A stretch of DNA of 56,479 nt from contig VBJD01000034.1 of NCBI GenBank assembly GCA_005887995.1, positions 1 to 56,479 of the forward strand, in the 5' to 3' direction. The notes beneath the pieces were generated by a model that saw only the letters and a program-made list of their open reading frames with translations, was not told the DNA's origin and searched no databases. This document shows, piece by piece, positions 52,753 to 56,479 of the stretch (its first letter is position 1; each line of letters opens with the position of its first letter). The DNA comes from Chloroflexota bacterium (GTDB taxonomy: Bacteria; Chloroflexota; Limnocylindria; P2-11E). The position numbers were made by a program, and so were the translations under genes.

Positions 52753-53298
52753 ATGTCCCCAATCACGTTCAAGCGAGGAAGCGGCCAAGCTAAGCAGTCG
52801 ACGACGACACCCCCACCGGTGTGGCGACCCGCCGACCCGCCTGCGCCTAGCCGTGATGAGGAACCAGCGGAGGAGGGCACACGAATGGCACAACCAGAGA
52901 CGCGCAGCTATACCCCGATGACGGCGGCGAGTTCAGATTTGAATGCACTGCTCGGCCGCGGATCGGAGTTCGAGGGCAAGCTCGCCTTCGAAGGCAAGGT
53001 CCGCATCGACGGCACCTTCACCGGCGAGATCTCGACGAACGATCTGCTGCAGATCGGCGACGGCGCGAAGGTCCAGGCCGAGATCAGCTGCGGCACAGTA
53101 GTCGTCGAGGGTGAGGTCGTCGGGAACATCAAGGCGACGCAGGCCGTCGAACTGCGCCGTCCTGCAAAGGTCCACGGCGACATCACGACCCCATCGCTCA
53201 CGATCGAGAAGGGTGTGATCTTCGAGGGCCGTTCGCATATGGAGTCGGCAGCTACCTCGAATGTCGTTCCGATCTACGCAGCAGCTGACGAGAGCTAG
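52753..53298 (+). CDS. Bactofilin-family cytoskeletal protein (an alternative in-frame upstream start at 52519 would add two TM helices)
   Basis: The core is FEGKLAFEGKVRIDGTFTGEI...VVVEGEVVGNIKA...VHGDITTPSLTIEKGVIFEG. ATG 52753 has GAGGAAG upstream. Confidence 0.7.
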   Translation: MSPITFKRGSGQAKQSTTTPPPVWRPADPPAPSRDEEPAEEGTRMAQPETRSYTPMTAASSDLNALLGRGSEFEGKLAFEGKVRIDGTFTGEISTNDLLQIGDGAKVQAEISCGTVVVEGEVVGNIKATQAVELRRPAKVHGDITTPSLTIEKGVIFEGRSHMESAATSNVVPIYAAADES

Positions 53299-53321
53299 AC
53301 CGGCGTAGGGAGCGCTCTTCG

Positions 53322-54041
53322 ATGCAGGGCGTCCTGATGCTCAGTCGCGCGACGGTACGCGATGCGGACTTCCGCCGCGTCACCTTCGATCAGTTCGCCC
53401 CGGAGGGGTGCACGTTCGAGCGCTGCGACTTCAGCGGCCAGGCGCTCGATCGTCGCTATCAGCCGCTCTTCTCCAGCCGCAGGCAGTCGATCTTCCGCGA
53501 CTGCAAGTTCGACGATGCCGACCTCACCGGCGTGCGTCCCGGTCAGGCGCGCTTCGAGCGCTGTACCTTCGACAACGCGAAGCTCGACGCGTGGGAGTCG
53601 TTCACCGCGGAGTTCATCGACTGCCACTTCGCCGGGCGTCTGAAGGACGTCCGCTTCTACGGCCGGCCCTGGGGCTCAGGCGCGGACCGCATCGACCCGC
53701 TGCGCACGACCAACGCCTTCACCGGTAACGACTTCCGTAAGGCCGACCTCCTCGGCGTCGTCTTCGCGCACGGCATCGACATCAAGAAGCAGAAGTGGCC
53801 TGAGGGTCCGCAATACGTGATCCTCGACCGTATCCACCAGCGGATCGCGAAGGTGCGCCTCGGCGTGCTCGAGTGGCGCGACCACGAGGCAAGGCAGCAG
53901 GCGCTCGACATGCTCCAGGCCGCGTCGCTCCTCTATTCGCACCAGATGACGATCATCGGCCGCCGCGTCGAGCAGCGCTGGACGGCGGCACCCGCGATCC
54001 AAGAGCGCGTCTGGGATGAGCTCGCCGCCGCGATCGCCTAA
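53322..54041 (+). CDS. Pentapeptide-repeat protein
   Basis: It shows repeating A(D/N)(L/F)xx-type units: DADFRRVTF, ERCDFSGQAL, DDADLTGVRP, ERCTFDNAKL. Confidence 0.65.
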   Translation: MQGVLMLSRATVRDADFRRVTFDQFAPEGCTFERCDFSGQALDRRYQPLFSSRRQSIFRDCKFDDADLTGVRPGQARFERCTFDNAKLDAWESFTAEFIDCHFAGRLKDVRFYGRPWGSGADRIDPLRTTNAFTGNDFRKADLLGVVFAHGIDIKKQKWPEGPQYVILDRIHQRIAKVRLGVLEWRDHEARQQALDMLQAASLLYSHQMTIIGRRVEQRWTAAPAIQERVWDELAAAIA

Positions 54042-54983
54042 CTAGGCCGTCGCCGCGAGGGCGACGCCCACCTTCGGTGCCGGCTGCGACCGGATCCAAC
54101 CGATCTCCTCTTTGAGACCATCCACGAGGTGGCGCCGCGCCGCAAAACCGAGCTCCTCCTGCGCGCGCCGCGTCGCCGCGACGAGCCGCGGCGGGCGTGA
54201 CTCACCCTCAACCGGCGCGCGCGAGACCGGGCGCGCTTTCGCGCCGGCGAGCTCGCCGATCGTGCGCGCGAGATCGAGCGTGCGGGTCGCCATCCCCGTC
54301 CCGATGTCATAGGCACCGTCGGCCTTGCGGTCGACCGCCGCGATCGTCGCCGCGGCCGCATCGCACACGTGGAGGTAGTCGCGTTCCTCCGAGCCGTCGC
54401 TGTCGAGCAGGAGCGGAGTGCCCGCGAGCGCGTCGCGGATGAGGCGGGGGATCGCTCGTCGCTCGGGCTCGTACGGGCCGTAGACGCTCGCATACCGAAG
54501 GATCGTTGCCGTCGATGCCGGCGCGAACACGCGAAGCATCCGCTCGGCGGTGAGCTTCGCGAATCCGAACGCGGTCACCGGCCCTGGCTCGTCACCGTCC
54601 ACCTCGCCGCCGTCGTAGACCTCGAGCGTGCTCGCGAACACGAAGTGCGAGCAACCATCAAGCGCTCGAAGGAGCCGGCTCAGAGGGACGACGTTGAGCT
54701 CGATCTCCTCGGCAAGGCGAGCTGCACCGCTCGCACCAGGCATGACGTAGCCCAGCAACACGACGGCGTCGACCGGGCCGAGCGCATCGCGCAGCCGATC
54801 TGCATCGCGGAACGTCGAGTCGCATCGCAGATGGCGAACTTGTCCCGATGCCACGAGCGACGCGGCGTAGCGACAGTGTCCTGTTTCTGGGCCAAGGAGC
54901 GTGACATCCATACCGGCGCCGACCATGCGCGCGAGGACGTGCGATCCGATGAAGCCGCCGCCGCCGGTGAGCGCGACGCGCAC
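54042..54983 (-). CDS. NAD-dependent epimerase/dehydratase (extended SDR)
   Basis: It has the GGGGFIGSH Rossmann motif and YGPYE (YxxxK-region-like). Confidence 0.8.
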   Translation of the reverse strand: MRVALTGGGGFIGSHVLARMVGAGMDVTLLGPETGHCRYAASLVASGQVRHLRCDSTFRDADRLRDALGPVDAVVLLGYVMPGASGAARLAEEIELNVVPLSRLLRALDGCSHFVFASTLEVYDGGEVDGDEPGPVTAFGFAKLTAERMLRVFAPASTATILRYASVYGPYEPERRAIPRLIRDALAGTPLLLDSDGSEERDYLHVCDAAAATIAAVDRKADGAYDIGTGMATRTLDLARTIGELAGAKARPVSRAPVEGESRPPRLVAATRRAQEELGFAARRHLVDGLKEEIGWIRSQPAPKVGVALAATA

Positions 54984-54990
54984 CGCGGTC

Positions 54991-55710
54991 CTAGGCGGCC
55001 CCGTCGCGCCCGAGGACGACCGGGATCGTGCGGACGAGGATCTGCAGATCGAAGAGCAGTGACGCCTGCTCGGCGTAGCTCACATCGAGCCGGTACATGT
55101 CGAGCAGGCCGAGGCGGCTCCGGCCACTCACCTGCCAGAGTCCGGTCATCCCGGGCTTCACATCGAGACGGCGCTGCATCCAGTCCGCGTAGTCGACGAA
55201 GGCGTAGCGCACATCCGGCCGCGGACCGACCAGGCTCATGTCGCCGCACAGCACGTTCCAGAGCTGCGGGAATTCATCGACGCTCGTTCGGCGCAGGAAC
55301 GCGCCGAACTTCGTGACCCGTGGATCGGCATCGACCTTATAGAGATCGCACGTCTTGCCGTCGCGCAGCAGGCTCCGGACGAATTGCACGTGCGGAGTGG
55401 CCGAGCAACCCTCGCGCATGGAGCGGAACTTCAGCACGGTGAAGGGCCTTCCGAACCGGCCGATCCGCTCCGCGCGGTAGAACACCGGACCCGGACTGTC
55501 GAGCTTGATGGCGATCGCGATCGCGATGAAGACCGGAAAGAGGATCGCGATGAGCACGAGCGACGCGAGGAAGTCGAGCAGGCGCTTGGCGAAGGCGTAC
55601 CCCAGCTGACGTCGGCGCGCCTCGCCGAGCGCCTGCGACAGCGGGGCGGCGGCCGTGCTCGCATCTGCGACCTCGACAGCGACTCCGACGGCCAGCCGTT
55701 CCGTTGCCAT
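54991..55710 (-). CDS. Undecaprenyl-phosphate sugar phosphotransferase (bacterial sugar transferase, WbaP/EpsL C-terminal type)
   Basis: It carries [56 protein letters not shown] and [10 protein letters not shown] trimmed to ATG 55710. Confidence 0.85.
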   Translation of the reverse strand: MATERLAVGVAVEVADASTAAAPLSQALGEARRRQLGYAFAKRLLDFLASLVLIAILFPVFIAIAIAIKLDSPGPVFYRAERIGRFGRPFTVLKFRSMREGCSATPHVQFVRSLLRDGKTCDLYKVDADPRVTKFGAFLRRTSVDEFPQLWNVLCGDMSLVGPRPDVRYAFVDYADWMQRRLDVKPGMTGLWQVSGRSRLGLLDMYRLDVSYAEQASLLFDLQILVRTIPVVLGRDGAA

Positions 55711-55859
55711 GGCGACATGAGACCGCTGGGGAATTGAAGTTCTGTGCGGGTCGGCAATGACGATGCGCGAGATAGGGCCGAATGCGGGCAGCGAGCGAGG
55801 GGTCTTCAATCCGGCATCAACAACTGGAAAGTTGCCGAGGGATCCGCTGCGGACGCCCG

Positions 55860-56479
55860 TCACAGGAATAGGCGGGTGTATCCGCCGTCGACCTCGAGCA
55901 CCTGGCCGTTGACCTGGCGCGCGGCATCGGAGCAGAGGAACGCGGCGACGCCGGCGATGTCCTCGACGCTCGTCGTGCGGCCCGACGGCGTCATGCAGCG
56001 CGCTTTCTCCAGCAGCTCGCCGCCGCGGCGGAAGTACGCGAGCGCTTCCGTATCCACCAGACCGGGCGAGATCGCGTTCACCGAGATGTTGTGGGGCGCG
56101 AGCTCGACCGCGAGGTAGGCGGTGAGGGTGTTGATCGCCGCCTTCGATGCGGCGACGGTCCCGTAGTACGGGAACGCGCGCTCCGTCGCGATGCGGGCCG
56201 TCACCGCAATGATGCGACCGCCCCCCTCGTGCGCGGTGAGCAGCGGGAAGGCGGCCTGCGCGCAGAGAAGGTACGAGCGCGCGTTCACGTTCATCGCGAG
56301 CTCCCACGCCTTCAGCGTGGCCTCGAGCATCGTGCTTTGCATCCCGGCCGCGGCGTTACAGATCAGGAAGTCGAGCCGGCCGAAGTCCTCGCGGATCGTC
56401 GCGAATAGACGCTCGATCTCGGCTGGCTCGGCCATGTTCGCCTGCGCGAGCAGTGCGCGGACGCCGCGCGCCTCGATCT
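55860..56479 (-). CDS. SDR-family enoyl-ACP reductase-like protein (FabL-like), 5'-truncated by the window end
   Basis: It carries FGRLDFLICNAAAG, YGTVAASKAAINTLTAYLAVELAP and VNAISPG. The frame stays open past 56435 to the window edge. Confidence 0.7.
   Translation of the reverse strand, partial: IEARGVRALLAQANMAEPAEIERLFATIREDFGRLDFLICNAAAGMQSTMLEATLKAWELAMNVNARSYLLCAQAAFPLLTAHEGGGRIIAVTARIATERAFPYYGTVAASKAAINTLTAYLAVELAPHNISVNAISPGLVDTEALAYFRRGGELLEKARCMTPSGRTTSVEDIAGVAAFLCSDAARQVNGQVLEVDGGYTRLFL

Overview
High-GC (about two-thirds G+C by eye) bacterial chromosomal window. It is densely coding, with many GTG/TTG starts and 4-nt start/stop overlaps; lineage is unresolved from sequence alone. 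I support about 55 protein genes and 4 tRNAs: Pro-GGG, Pro-CGG, Arg-CCU, Val-GAC. Most of the content is housekeeping or transport. This includes a TRAP transporter, a heterodimeric ABC exporter, an MFS, a peptide ABC importer with an M14-like deacylase, an ECF sigma/anti-sigma pair, Pcm, HAD, amidohydrolase, CoA-transferase, PfkB kinase, 5'-nucleotidase, IMPase, nitroreductase, an AraC/VOC/DUF1801 set, bactofilin, and envelope-sugar genes. The points worth a second look are:
1. A non-canonical complex-I-like operon (nuoB, nuoD, a NuoI/NuoE chimera, nuoF, a NuoG-GltD fusion, then a MidA/NDUFAF7 methyltransferase). It lacks nuoA/C/H/J/K.
2. A three-copy intercistronic repeat in that operon, whose 7-bp hairpin is preserved by a compensatory double substitution.
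3. An orphan, degenerate nuoL/M/N-like trio 20 kb upstream, bracketed by two tRNAs and by HNH-like and TnpB remnants.
4. An AhpE-like peroxiredoxin with an in-frame TGA exactly at the peroxidatic Cys codon, followed by a SECIS-like hairpin (candidate selenoprotein).
5. A two-motif LAGLIDADG endonuclease gene that stays in one frame but is interrupted by TAG and TGA, next to tRNA-Pro.
6. A frameshifted TnpB next to tRNA-Arg with 3' hairpins.
7. A 13-codon polylysine ORF with a strong Shine-Dalgarno (SD) sequence.
8. A large secreted protein with tandem Ig-like repeats that runs off the window start.
No CRISPR array or rRNA was seen. All family assignments come from motif recognition by eye, not from searches.
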